64,000 bases of DNA from Occultella glacieicola (GTDB taxonomy: Bacteria; Actinomycetota; Actinomycetes; Actinomycetales; Beutenbergiaceae), in contig NZ_SMNA01000005.1 of NCBI RefSeq assembly GCF_004353825.1, positions 62,001-126,000 on the forward strand, read 5' to 3'. The position numbers and the translations under genes are program-made. The notes under the pieces are model-generated. The model had not been told where the DNA came from, ran no database searches, and was given only the letters and a program-made list of their open reading frames with translations. Position 1 is the first letter of the stretch. Every line of letters starts with the position of its first letter. Below, one piece after another: positions 11,047 to 19,778 of the stretch.

Positions 11047-12588
11047 TCAGTCCCGGAACGTCTCGATCTGCGCGCCGAGCTCGATCAGGCGCTCCTGCAG
11101 CTGCTCGTAGCCACGAGCGATGATGTCGACGCCGCGCAGGACGGAGGTCCCCTTCGCGGCGAGCATCGCGAGCAGGATCACGACGGCGGGGCGTAGCGCG
11201 GGCGGGCAGCTCACCTCCGCGCCGGACCAGTGGGTGGGGCCGGTGACGTCGAGACGGTGCGGGTCGAGCAGGCGCACGTCGGCGCCGAGCCGGTTCAGGT
11301 CGGTGAGGTGGATGGCCCGGCTGTCGTAGACCCAGTCGTGGATGAGGGTGTGACCGGATGCCGACGCTGCGATGACGGCGAAGAACGGCAGGTTGTCGAT
11401 GTTCAGGCCCGGGAACGGCATCGGGTGGATCTTGTCGATCGGGGCGTGCAGGTCGCTCGGGTGGACGGTGACGTCGACGAGGCGGGTCCGGCCGTTCGCG
11501 GCGGTGTACTCCTCCGAGACGGTGTAGCGCAGTCCCATCTCGGCGAGCGTCGCGAGCTCGATCTCCATGAACTCGATCGGCACCCGGGAGACCGTGATCT
11601 CCGAGTGCGTGACGATGCCGGCGGTGAGCAGGCTCATCGCCTCGACCGGGTCCTCCGACGGTGCGTAGTCCACGTCGACGTCGATCTCGGATCGGCCGTG
11701 CACCCGAAGGGTGGTGGTGCCGATACCGTCCACCCGGACCCCGAGGAGCTCGAGGTAGAAGCACAGGTCCTGGACCATGTAGTTCGGGCTGGCGTTGCGG
11801 ATGGTGGTGACGCCCGGGTGCCGCGCGGCGGCCATGATCGCGTTCTCGGTGACCGTGTCACCGCGCTCGGTGAGCACCACCTTGATGTCCTCGGGACGGT
11901 TCGGCTCCACGGTCGCGTGGTAGGCGCCCGAGGTGGCCACGACGTCCAGTCCGAACGGCCGCAGGGCGATCATGTGCGGCTCCACGGTGCGGGTGCCGAG
12001 GTCGCAGCCGCCCGCGTAGGGCAGGTCGAAGGTGGCCTCGGAGTTCAGCAGCGGACCGAGGAACATGATGATGCTGCGCGTGCGCCGGGCTGCGTCCGAG
12101 TCGATGCCGCTCAGGTCCAGTCGGGCCGGCGGCACGATGTCGAGGTCCCTACCGTCGGCGGACCAGGTGGCCTGGACCCCGATCGACCGGAGCACGTCGA
12201 CGATCCGGTCCACCTCGACGATCCGGGCGACGCCGCGCAGCCGGGTCCTTCCCCGGTTCAGGAGCGAGGCGCAGAGCAGGGCGACCGCGCCGTTCTTGGA
12301 CGACTTGACGGTGATCGTGCCCGAGAGCTGCTGGCCGCCGGTCACCCGCAGGTGCGAGGCCCGGGGAGCCCCGATCGAGAGCAGGTCCGCCTCCAGGGCC
12401 CGGTTGATCCGGGCGAGGAGCTCGACGGAGAGGTTCTGACTGCCCTGCTCGATGCGGGCGATGGCGCTCTGCGAGGTGTTCAGGCGCTCGGCGAGCTGGC
12501 TCTGGGTCAAGCCCTTGTTCTGCCGAGCCCCGCGGATCAGGGTGCCGATCTCGGCGACGGAGGTATCGGTCTCTTCAATCACGGTCAT
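11047..12588 (-). CDS. murA: XRE-family HTH fused to UDP-N-acetylglucosamine 1-carboxyvinyltransferase (MurA)
   Basis: N-terminal IRGARQNKGLTQSQLAERLNTSQSAIARIEQG (XRE HTH); then SKNGAVA, GGCDLGTR, PFPGLNID, IARGY MurA motifs. Confidence 0.88.
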   Translation of the reverse strand: MTVIEETDTSVAEIGTLIRGARQNKGLTQSQLAERLNTSQSAIARIEQGSQNLSVELLARINRALEADLLSIGAPRASHLRVTGGQQLSGTITVKSSKNGAVALLCASLLNRGRTRLRGVARIVEVDRIVDVLRSIGVQATWSADGRDLDIVPPARLDLSGIDSDAARRTRSIIMFLGPLLNSEATFDLPYAGGCDLGTRTVEPHMIALRPFGLDVVATSGAYHATVEPNRPEDIKVVLTERGDTVTENAIMAAARHPGVTTIRNASPNYMVQDLCFYLELLGVRVDGIGTTTLRVHGRSEIDVDVDYAPSEDPVEAMSLLTAGIVTHSEITVSRVPIEFMEIELATLAEMGLRYTVSEEYTAANGRTRLVDVTVHPSDLHAPIDKIHPMPFPGLNIDNLPFFAVIAASASGHTLIHDWVYDSRAIHLTDLNRLGADVRLLDPHRLDVTGPTHWSGAEVSCPPALRPAVVILLAMLAAKGTSVLRGVDIIARGYEQLQERLIELGAQIETFRD

Positions 12589-12592
12589 GCCG

Positions 12593-12622
12593 TCACGATA
12601 TCTCACATCTGAGATATCGCGA
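12593..12622. promoter_or_regulatory. Palindromic operator overlapping the -10 of the HTH-murA gene
   Basis: CGATATCTCA-catc-TGAGATATCG (12596-12619), perfect 10-bp arms; minus-strand TATCGT (12595-12600) 6 nt before ATG. Confidence 0.75.
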
Positions 12623-12705
12623 GGTTTCGTGAGATGGAACACAGCGCGTGTCGCGCGATCTTGCGCCGACCTCATGCGCAGTGCGCATGAGGTCGGCGAC
12701 GGAGC

Positions 12706-14133
12706 TCAGGCTTCGATGCCCTCCAGCAGCTCGGTGACGAGCGCCGCGACCGGGGATCGCTCGGACCGCGTCAGCGTCACGTGCGCGAACAGCGGGTGTC
12801 CCTTGAGCGCCTCGATCACGGCAGCGACGCCGTCGTGACGTCCCACCCTCAGGTTGTCCCGCTGGGCCACGTCGTGGGTGAGGACCACCCGCGAACTCTG
12901 CCCGATCCGGGACAGCACCGTGAGCAGGACGTTCCGCTCGAGCGACTGTGCCTCGTCCACGATCACGAACGCGTCGTGCAGCGACCGGCCGCGGATGTGG
13001 GTGAGCGGGAGCACCTCGAGCATGCCGCGGTCCATGACCTCCTCGACGACCTCCGAGGAGACCACCGCGCCGAGGGTGTCGAAGACGGCCTGGGCCCAGG
13101 GGTTCATCTTCTCGGCCTCGCTGCCGGGCAGGTAGCCGAGCTCCTGGCCGCCGACGGCGTACAGCGGCCGGAACACCATCACCTTCCGGTGCTCACGCCG
13201 TTCCAGGACGGCCTCCAGCCCGGCGCAGAGGGCCAGCGCGGACTTCCCCGTCCCCGCCCGGCCCCCGAGGGAGACGATGCCGATCTCCGGATCGAGGAGC
13301 AGGTCGATCGCGATCCGCTGCTCGGCACTGCGGCCGTGCATCCCGAAGACGTCCCGGTCGCCCCGGACCAACGAGATCTGCTTGTCCGGCGTCACCCGCC
13401 CGAGTGCCGATCCCCGCGGCGAGTGCAGCACCAGGCCGGTGTGGCAGGGCAGGTCCCGGACGCCGTCGCCGACCGCCAGCTCCGCGATGGTCAGGCGCTC
13501 CTCACCGAACAGGGTCGCCATCTCGGTCTCGGTGACCTGGGCCTCGGACATCCCCCGCCAGCCGGAGTCGACGGCGAGCTGGGCCCGGTACTCCTCGGCC
13601 CTGATGCCGACGGCGGACGCCTTGACCCGCATCGGCAGGTCCTTGGAGACGACCCGGACGTCAAGCCCCTCGGAGCGCAGGTTCGCCGCGACGGACAGGA
13701 TCCGCGTGTCGTTGTCGCCCAGGCGCAGGCCCGAGGGCAGGATCGACGGGTCCGAGTGGTTCAGCTCGACCCGGACCGTGCCGCCGGCCTCCCCCACCTC
13801 GATCGGTTCGTCGAGCTTGCCGTGCCGGACCCGCAGGTCGTCGAGGATGCGCAGGGCGCTGCGGGCGAAGTAGCCGAGCTCGGCGTGGTGGCGCTTGGCC
13901 TCCAGTTCGGTGACGACCACGATCGGCAGCACCACGTCGTGCTCGGCGAAGCGGTAGATCGCGCGGGGGTCGGAGAGCAACACCGAGGTGTCGAGGACGT
14001 ACGTGACGCGTGCGCCGTCGGCTGCCTGCGGGTCGGGCACCGGCAAGGGACCGTGGAGTCCCTCACCGCCCATCGATCTACCCGTTGCTGTGACATCGAT
14101 CGGATCGTCGAACGCGAGGGACTCACGGGTCAC
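12706..14133 (-). CDS. phoH2: PhoH2 (PIN domain + PhoH ATPase)
   Basis: PIN motif [19 protein letters not shown]; Walker [34 protein letters not shown] before GTG 14133. Confidence 0.93.
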   Translation of the reverse strand: MTRESLAFDDPIDVTATGRSMGGEGLHGPLPVPDPQAADGARVTYVLDTSVLLSDPRAIYRFAEHDVVLPIVVVTELEAKRHHAELGYFARSALRILDDLRVRHGKLDEPIEVGEAGGTVRVELNHSDPSILPSGLRLGDNDTRILSVAANLRSEGLDVRVVSKDLPMRVKASAVGIRAEEYRAQLAVDSGWRGMSEAQVTETEMATLFGEERLTIAELAVGDGVRDLPCHTGLVLHSPRGSALGRVTPDKQISLVRGDRDVFGMHGRSAEQRIAIDLLLDPEIGIVSLGGRAGTGKSALALCAGLEAVLERREHRKVMVFRPLYAVGGQELGYLPGSEAEKMNPWAQAVFDTLGAVVSSEVVEEVMDRGMLEVLPLTHIRGRSLHDAFVIVDEAQSLERNVLLTVLSRIGQSSRVVLTHDVAQRDNLRVGRHDGVAAVIEALKGHPLFAHVTLTRSERSPVAALVTELLEGIEA

Positions 14134-14252
14134 TGGTAGCTCCTCCAGGTGAACCTGCTCCGCTGCGCACTGCCGCGCTGCGGGTGCGGGGTGAGGGCGG
14201 TCGGCCCGACGAGGGGCCGGCGGCCCCTCTCCCACCTGAGCGTGTGCTCCAT
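14130..14252 (-). CDS. Candidate 40-aa leader peptide/uORF upstream of phoH2
   Basis: GGGAGG RBS, ATG 14252, [40 protein letters not shown]; its TGA overlaps the phoH2 GTG (GTGA). Confidence 0.45.
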   Translation of the reverse strand: MEHTLRWERGRRPLVGPTALTPHPQRGSAQRSRFTWRSYQ

Positions 14253-14509
14253 GGGCTGGCCTCCCGGTGGGTGGCCGGAGTGCCACCCAGTGATCACCAC
14301 GCTACGACCGTGCCGACGTCCGGAGTGGGATCGACGCGGCGTGGCGCGCGGATCGCGAAGAGTTCACCCGCCGGACACATTCCCCGCCCGCCCAAGAGGG
14401 CCTGGTGCCGTCAGGACAGCCCGCGCAAGGTTCTGCATCAACGGGTCCGGGTGCGGACGAGCACCGGATGCACGGCACCGGCCACGGAGCCCTGGCGGGG
14501 GCCGCCCGG

Positions 14510-15271
14510 TCAGCGCCCGAGGCGGCGCTCACGTTCGCCGTAGGAGCGCAGCGCCCGCAGGAAGTCCACCCGGCGGAAGTCCGGCCAGTAGGCCTCGCAG
14601 AAGTAGAACTCGCTGTGGGCACTCTGCCAGAGCAGGAAGCCGCCGAGCCGCTGCTCACCGGAGGTGCGGATGACCAGGTCCGGGTCCGGCTGGCCCTTCG
14701 TGTACAGGTGCTCGGCGATCTTCTCGACGGTGACCACGTCGGTGAGGTCCTCGAGCGGGCGGCCCTGCTCGGTGTACTCCTTGATCAGCGAGCGCACCGC
14801 GTTCGCGATCTCGTGCCGGCCGCCGTACCCGACGGCGATGTTGACGTGCACACCGTCGACGTCCTCGGTGAGGGCCTCGGCGGCCCGGAGCCGGTCGGCG
14901 ATCTCGGCCGGCAGCAGGTCCAGTTCGCCGACCATCCGCAGGCGCCAGCGCCTGGAGGTGGCGAGCTTCGCGACGGTGGCCGCAATGATCTCGAGGAGGT
15001 CGGTGATCTCGGCGGGATCGCGCCGGAGGTTGTCGGTGGAGAGCATCCACAACGTGACGACCCCCACCCCCACCTCCTCGCACCAGGTGAGCAGGTCGGT
15101 GATCCGGTCCGCCCCGGCCTGGTGCCCCTGGGCCGTCTCCAGTCCGACCGAGCGGGCCCAGCGGCGGTTCCCGTCCAGCATCACGCCGATGTGATGTGGA
15201 ACCGGTCGGCCGTGCATCTGGTTCGCGAGCCTGCGCTCGTAGATGCCGTACAGGAAGTTCGGTGGCCGCAT
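14510..15271 (-). CDS. cis-Prenyltransferase (UppS family; short-chain Z-isoprenyl diphosphate synthase-like)
   Basis: PHHIGVMLDGNRRWA, LSTDNL, VGYGGR, PDLVIRTSGEQRLGGFLLWQ. Confidence 0.92.
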   Translation of the reverse strand: MRPPNFLYGIYERRLANQMHGRPVPHHIGVMLDGNRRWARSVGLETAQGHQAGADRITDLLTWCEEVGVGVVTLWMLSTDNLRRDPAEITDLLEIIAATVAKLATSRRWRLRMVGELDLLPAEIADRLRAAEALTEDVDGVHVNIAVGYGGRHEIANAVRSLIKEYTEQGRPLEDLTDVVTVEKIAEHLYTKGQPDPDLVIRTSGEQRLGGFLLWQSAHSEFYFCEAYWPDFRRVDFLRALRSYGERERRLGR

Positions 15272-15372
15272 CTCGGTTTCCGCTCCTCCTCGCATGGGTG
15301 TACATCCGGCGGTGATCGCTCGCACCATCGGTGGGAACGGACACACGCTACAACTCTCAACCGATGCATGGA

Positions 15373-15404
15373 CCTACGCTTGCGTAACCTACGATGACGT
15401 AAGG
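15373..15404. promoter_or_regulatory. Tandem TACG-N4-CGTA palindromes between divergent prenyltransferase and trhA
   Basis: TACGcttgCGTA (15375-15386) and TACGatgaCGTA (15390-15401). Confidence 0.6.
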
Positions 15405-15455
15405 ACCATCGAACGGTGGCCCGAACCAGGCTGCTCCACGAATGTGAGGGTCCTC

Positions 15456-16172
15456 ATGGCACGCACCAGAACCCACCGGCCTCGGCCGGCGCCGGAGCCT
15501 GTGGCCCCCTCCACGAACCCGCTCATCACGGACGCGCCCGTCAAGCCACGGCTGCGCGGCTGGATCCACACCGTCATGGCCCCGGTCGCACTCGTGGTCG
15601 GGATCGTCCTGGTGGTCGGGTCCTCGACCCCGGCCGCCAAGCTCAGCACCGCCGTGTTCGCGCTGACCACCGTGGTCATGTTCGGCACCAGCGCGATCTA
15701 CCACCGCGGCACCTGGTCCCCGCGCGCCTTTGCGGTGCTCCGCCGGCTCGACCACTCGAACATCTTCGGCGTCATCGCCGGCACCTACACGCCGTTGGCC
15801 GTCCTGCTCCTTCCCCCGAGCACCGCGACCCTGCTGCTCTGGCTCGTCTGGGGCGGCGCCGTGGCCGGGCTGCTCGCCAGGGTCTTCTGGCTCGGTGCGC
15901 CCCGGTGGTTCTACGTCCCGGTCTACGTGGCCCTCGGCTGGGTCGCGGTCGGCTTCCTGCCGGCCTTCTGGGCCAACGGCGGGCCGGCCATCGCGCTTCT
16001 GGTGATCGCGGGCGGCCTCGGGTACACCCTCGGCGCCCTCGCGTACGGGTTCAAGCGCCCGAACCCCAGCCCCACCTGGTTCGGGTTCCACGAGGTCTTC
16101 CACACCGGCACGGTCATCGGCTACTCCTGCCACGCGATCGCGATCGCCCTGGCGGCGTTCTCGGCAGTCTGA
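15456..16172 (+). CDS. trhA: Hemolysin III / PAQR family membrane protein (TrhA)
   Basis: KPRLRGWIH, SAIYH, RRLDHSNIF..IAGTYTP, FGFHEVFH. Confidence 0.92.
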   Translation: MARTRTHRPRPAPEPVAPSTNPLITDAPVKPRLRGWIHTVMAPVALVVGIVLVVGSSTPAAKLSTAVFALTTVVMFGTSAIYHRGTWSPRAFAVLRRLDHSNIFGVIAGTYTPLAVLLLPPSTATLLLWLVWGGAVAGLLARVFWLGAPRWFYVPVYVALGWVAVGFLPAFWANGGPAIALLVIAGGLGYTLGALAYGFKRPNPSPTWFGFHEVFHTGTVIGYSCHAIAIALAAFSAV

Positions 16173-16227
16173 CCGGCCCCGCACTAGGCTGGACCCAGCA
16201 CGTCGCCGCGCCACGAGGGAGAGCCGC

Positions 16228-17217
16228 ATGGGCAAGCACGCTGAGTGGGACGAGGCGCCCGGGGAGCTGCTCCGCGCCGGCCGGGACTTCGTGCTCGCGG
16301 ACCTCGACCGGGACGCTACGCCCGGCTGGTCGGAGGGCAAGGCCGCCGCCGAGAAGGCCATGGCCGCCCGCGGTGAGGAACTGTCCGACCTCCAGGAACG
16401 CCTGTTCGCCGACGGTCGCACCGGTGGCGACCGGTCGGTCCTGCTCGTCCTGCAGGGGCTCGACACCGCCGGCAAGGGCGGCATCGTGCGGCACGTCCTC
16501 GGGATGCTCGATCCGCAGGGCGTCGCGCTCGCGTCGTTCGGAGTGCCCACCGCCGAGGAGCGCAAGCACCATCATCTGTGGCGGATCCGTCGTGCGCTTC
16601 CGCCGGCGGGCAAGATCGGTGTGTTCGACCGGTCCCACTACGAGCAGGTGCTCGTGGTCAAGGTCGACGGCCTGGAGCCGGCCGAGGAGAACGAGGGCCG
16701 CTACGCCGAGCTGAACAGGTTCGACCGGCAGGTGGTCAACGCGGGCACCACCCTCATCAAGGTCGCCCTGATGGTCTCCTACGAGGAACAGGGTGCCCGG
16801 CTCCGGGAACGGCTCGAACGCGACGACAAGCACTGGAAGTACAACCCGGGCGACGTCGACACCCGGCTCAAGTGGGACGAGTTCCAGGGCGCCTACCAGG
16901 AGATGTTCACGCGCACCTCCACCGAGGCAGCCCCCTGGTACGTGGTGCCGGCGGACCACAAGTGGTACGCCCGGATCGCCGTCACGGAACTGCTCTACCG
17001 GGCGCTGTCCGATCTCGACCTGTCCTGGCCGACGGCGGACTTCGATGTCGAGAAGGAGAAGGCGCGCCTCGCCGCCACCATGTCCGAGCCGGGTTACCAG
17101 GCCCACGAACACCAGGACACCGACGGCGGTCGGGGCGGCGGGGGCGGCGGGGGCACAGGCTCCAAGGAGAAGGACAAGAAAGGAAAGAAGGGAAAGAAGG
17201 GAAAGAAGAAGAAGTAG
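16228..17217 (+). CDS. ppk2: Polyphosphate kinase 2 family protein with Gly/Lys-rich C-terminal tail
   Basis: LQGLDTAGKGG Walker A, FDRSHYE Walker B, KHWKYNPGD, APWYVVPADHKWYAR. Confidence 0.92.
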   Translation: MGKHAEWDEAPGELLRAGRDFVLADLDRDATPGWSEGKAAAEKAMAARGEELSDLQERLFADGRTGGDRSVLLVLQGLDTAGKGGIVRHVLGMLDPQGVALASFGVPTAEERKHHHLWRIRRALPPAGKIGVFDRSHYEQVLVVKVDGLEPAEENEGRYAELNRFDRQVVNAGTTLIKVALMVSYEEQGARLRERLERDDKHWKYNPGDVDTRLKWDEFQGAYQEMFTRTSTEAAPWYVVPADHKWYARIAVTELLYRALSDLDLSWPTADFDVEKEKARLAATMSEPGYQAHEHQDTDGGRGGGGGGGTGSKEKDKKGKKGKKGKKKK

Positions 17218-17239
17218 CCCGCGCTCACCGGTCGTCCGG

Positions 17240-18052
17240 TCAGCCCGCGGGCACCACCCGGTAGCGGCGGTGCCGCAGGCTCGGAACCGTCTCGCGGACC
17301 CGGTTCACGACGGCGGGGTCCAGGTCCGCGCGCAAGGTCGCCGTGGTCTCGTCGCCGGTCTCGGCGATCGGTACGCCGAGCGGGTCGATGATCGCGCTGT
17401 GCCCGCTGCGGCCGTGTCCGCTCTGGCTCGCCAGGAGCAGATAACTCGTGTTCTCCAGCGCACGGGCCCGGGCCAGGGTCTGCAGCTGGGCCACCTTGCC
17501 CGGGCCCTCGGCCCAGGCCGCGATCACCACGAGGACGTGCGCGCCCGCATCGGCAAGGACCCGGAAGGCCTCCGGGAACCGGAGGTCGTAACACGTCGCG
17601 ACCCCGACCCGGAGCCCGCCGAGGTCGAGGACGAGCGTGTTCGCCGGGTCGGGATCGCCGGGCATGAGCACGTCGGACTCCCGAACCCCGAAGGCGTCGA
17701 ACAGGTGCACCTTGACGTACCGGCCGCGCACGGTGCCATCCGGACCGATCGCGACGGCGACGTTGCGCGCCCGGCCCTCCTCCGCCGTCGGGCCGGTCTC
17801 GGTGGTGCCGACCACGACGTGCACCGCCGCCGCCCGCGCGGCCTCGCACACGGCGCGCATGAAGGAGCCGTCCGCCGGCTGGGCCAGGTCCGGGCCGAGC
17901 CGGGGCGCCCAGCCGGACGTGTACTCGGGCAGGACCACGAGCTCCGCGCCGCGGCCGGCCGCGTCCGCGATCGCCGCGGTCGCCAGCCGCGCGTTGTGGT
18001 CGGCGTCCGCGGTCGCGCTCAGTTGCGCGACGGCGACCGGGAGGGTGGTCAT
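17240..18052 (-). CDS. Carbon-nitrogen hydrolase (nitrilase/Nit family amidase)
   Basis: Catalytic triad LPE, YVKVHLFDA, TCYDLRFPE; ARALEN. Confidence 0.9.
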   Translation of the reverse strand: MTTLPVAVAQLSATADADHNARLATAAIADAAGRGAELVVLPEYTSGWAPRLGPDLAQPADGSFMRAVCEAARAAAVHVVVGTTETGPTAEEGRARNVAVAIGPDGTVRGRYVKVHLFDAFGVRESDVLMPGDPDPANTLVLDLGGLRVGVATCYDLRFPEAFRVLADAGAHVLVVIAAWAEGPGKVAQLQTLARARALENTSYLLLASQSGHGRSGHSAIIDPLGVPIAETGDETTATLRADLDPAVVNRVRETVPSLRHRRYRVVPAG

Positions 18053-18345
18053 GGCCGGGTGCCGCCGGGCGGGTCGGTGGGGCTCACCGGGTCGCCGGAG
18101 CCGGTCGGGCCGGCAGGGTGGGCAGTGTCGGCAGTGTCGGCAGTGTCGGCACTGTCGGCAGTGTCCTCGGCGTCCGACCGGGCCTGCGCGGCGGCGTTCG
18201 TGCGCGCCCGGCGCATGTGCTTGCCGAGGCCGCGGGCCAGGAAGAACACGACCAGGGCCAGGAAGAAGAACACCGCGAACCCGCCGATGCCGGGGGTGAC
18301 CACGCTCGGGTCGGGCACGTCCTCGGCCAGCAGCGGCGCGATCAC
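18049..18345 (-). CDS. Small membrane protein
   Basis: [21 protein letters not shown] single TM; overlaps both neighbours by 4 nt. Confidence 0.75.
   Translation of the reverse strand: MIAPLLAEDVPDPSVVTPGIGGFAVFFFLALVVFFLARGLGKHMRRARTNAAAQARSDAEDTADSADTADTADTAHPAGPTGSGDPVSPTDPPGGTRP
18121..18165. repeat. 9-bp tandem repeat x5 (in frame, ADT repeats)
   Basis: GGCAGTGTC x3, GGCACTGTC, GGCAGTGTC. Confidence 0.9.
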
Positions 18346-19220
18346 ACCTGCTCCCGGATGCCAGCGAACAGGTCGGTCTCGGGAACGCTCGTCACGACCC
18401 GGGACCGGACCAGCTCGAACTCCTCGAACGGCCAGGACTCCCGCTCGATCTCACGCGGCACGGCGAAGAAGAACCCGTCCGGATCGATCTGGGTCGCGTG
18501 CGCGAGCAGGGCCCGGTCGCGCTGGTCGAAGTAGTCGGCGCACTCGATCCTGGTGGTCACCTGGTCGGCGCGGTCGTCGCGGTCCTCCCAGCGCTCCAGC
18601 CACTCCGCGAACGGGGAGTCCTTACCGGCAGCCAGGACGGCCTCGTGGATGGCGACCACGCGGGACCGGGAGAAGCCGTGGTCGTAGTACAGCTTCGCGA
18701 TCTCCCAGGCCGGACCGGCGCTCGGGAACGCGTCCGGGTCCGCGGCCGCGTCGAACGCCGCGACCGAGACCCGGTGGGTCATGATGTGGTCGGGATGCGG
18801 GTAGCCGCCGTTCTCGTTGTACGTGGTCATCACGTGCGGCCGGAACTCCCGGACCACGCGCACCAGCGCCTCGGTGCTCACCTCGAGCGGTTCCAGCCCG
18901 AAGCACCCCGGCGGCAGCGGCGGCAGCGGGTCCCCCTCCGGCAGCCCGGAGTCGACGAAGCCGAGCCAGCGCTGCGAGATCCCGAGTTCGGCCGCCGCTG
19001 CGGCCATCTCCCGGCGTCGATAGCCCGGCATGTCCCGGAGCACCTCGGGGTCGTTCTCGAGACGCGGGTTCAGGATGTCGCCGCGCTCGCCGCCGGTGCA
19101 CGTCACGACGAGGACCTCGACGCCCTCGGCGGCGTACCGCGCCATGGTCGCCGCGCCCTTGCTCGATTCGTCGTCGGGGTGGGCGTGCACGGCCATGAGC
19201 CGCAGGTTCTGCGCAGCCAA
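18342..19220 (-). CDS. mca: Mycothiol S-conjugate amidase
   Basis: [45 protein letters not shown] start with GGAGG RBS. Confidence 0.95.
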   Translation of the reverse strand: MAAQNLRLMAVHAHPDDESSKGAATMARYAAEGVEVLVVTCTGGERGDILNPRLENDPEVLRDMPGYRRREMAAAAAELGISQRWLGFVDSGLPEGDPLPPLPPGCFGLEPLEVSTEALVRVVREFRPHVMTTYNENGGYPHPDHIMTHRVSVAAFDAAADPDAFPSAGPAWEIAKLYYDHGFSRSRVVAIHEAVLAAGKDSPFAEWLERWEDRDDRADQVTTRIECADYFDQRDRALLAHATQIDPDGFFFAVPREIERESWPFEEFELVRSRVVTSVPETDLFAGIREQV

Positions 19221-19302
19221 GTGATCCTCCTGGGATCGGCGGGTGGGACAATGGGCACGACGACGCGCGCCGAACTCCGCGCGCGGGACTCCCAGTCTAA
19301 GG

Positions 19303-19743
19303 ATGGTACGCGTGGTGCAGGCACCGGCCCGGACCGAGCAGGACGCTACCGCGGCCCTGCTCGCGGACCGTTACGGCCGACGGACCGCCGGCGGTGGGCG
19401 ACGCCTGCGGGCACGGATCCTGATCGCGGCGCTGGCCGTGGCCGGGATCGCGGTCCTGGCCTGGATCGCCGTCGACATGTTCGCCCCGTCCGTGGAGAGC
19501 CGTGACGTCGGCTTCCACGTCGTGGACTCCGAGTCGGTGCGCGTGACCTTCGACGTCACGAAGCCGGCCGAGCGCAGCGCGGTGTGCACGCTGGAGGCCC
19601 TCAGTACCGGCTACGGGCAGGTGGGGCTGCTCCAGGTGGAGATCGGTCCGCAGGTTGCGGACACGGTCCGGATCACCGCCGAGGTCGCGACCAGCGAGGA
19701 GGCCACGACCGGCCTTGTCCGTGCGTGCACCTTCACCGACTGA
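19303..19743 (+). CDS. DUF4307-like membrane protein
   Basis: DRYG motif, one TM, V-x-[13 protein letters not shown], terminal C; position between mca and greA; start uncertain (19303-19315). Confidence 0.8.
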   Translation: MVRVVQAPARTEQDATAALLADRYGRRTAGGGRRLRARILIAALAVAGIAVLAWIAVDMFAPSVESRDVGFHVVDSESVRVTFDVTKPAERSAVCTLEALSTGYGQVGLLQVEIGPQVADTVRITAEVATSEEATTGLVRACTFTD

Positions 19744-19778
19744 ACCTCACCCTCGGCACCTGAGCCGACGAACCCGCC

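Noticed and set aside
12589..12675. Longer HTH-MurA start at 12675 from the ORF track
   Set aside because: The extension spans the palindrome and -10; ATG 12588 fits a leaderless start and the HTH boundary.
15456..16172. 'Hemolysin III' as a virulence toxin
   Set aside because: PAQR/TrhA family membrane protein in conserved backbone; the name is not evidence of toxicity.
18121..18165. Short repeat arrays as possible CRISPR
   Set aside because: 9-bp contiguous in-frame repeats with no spacers and no cas genes.
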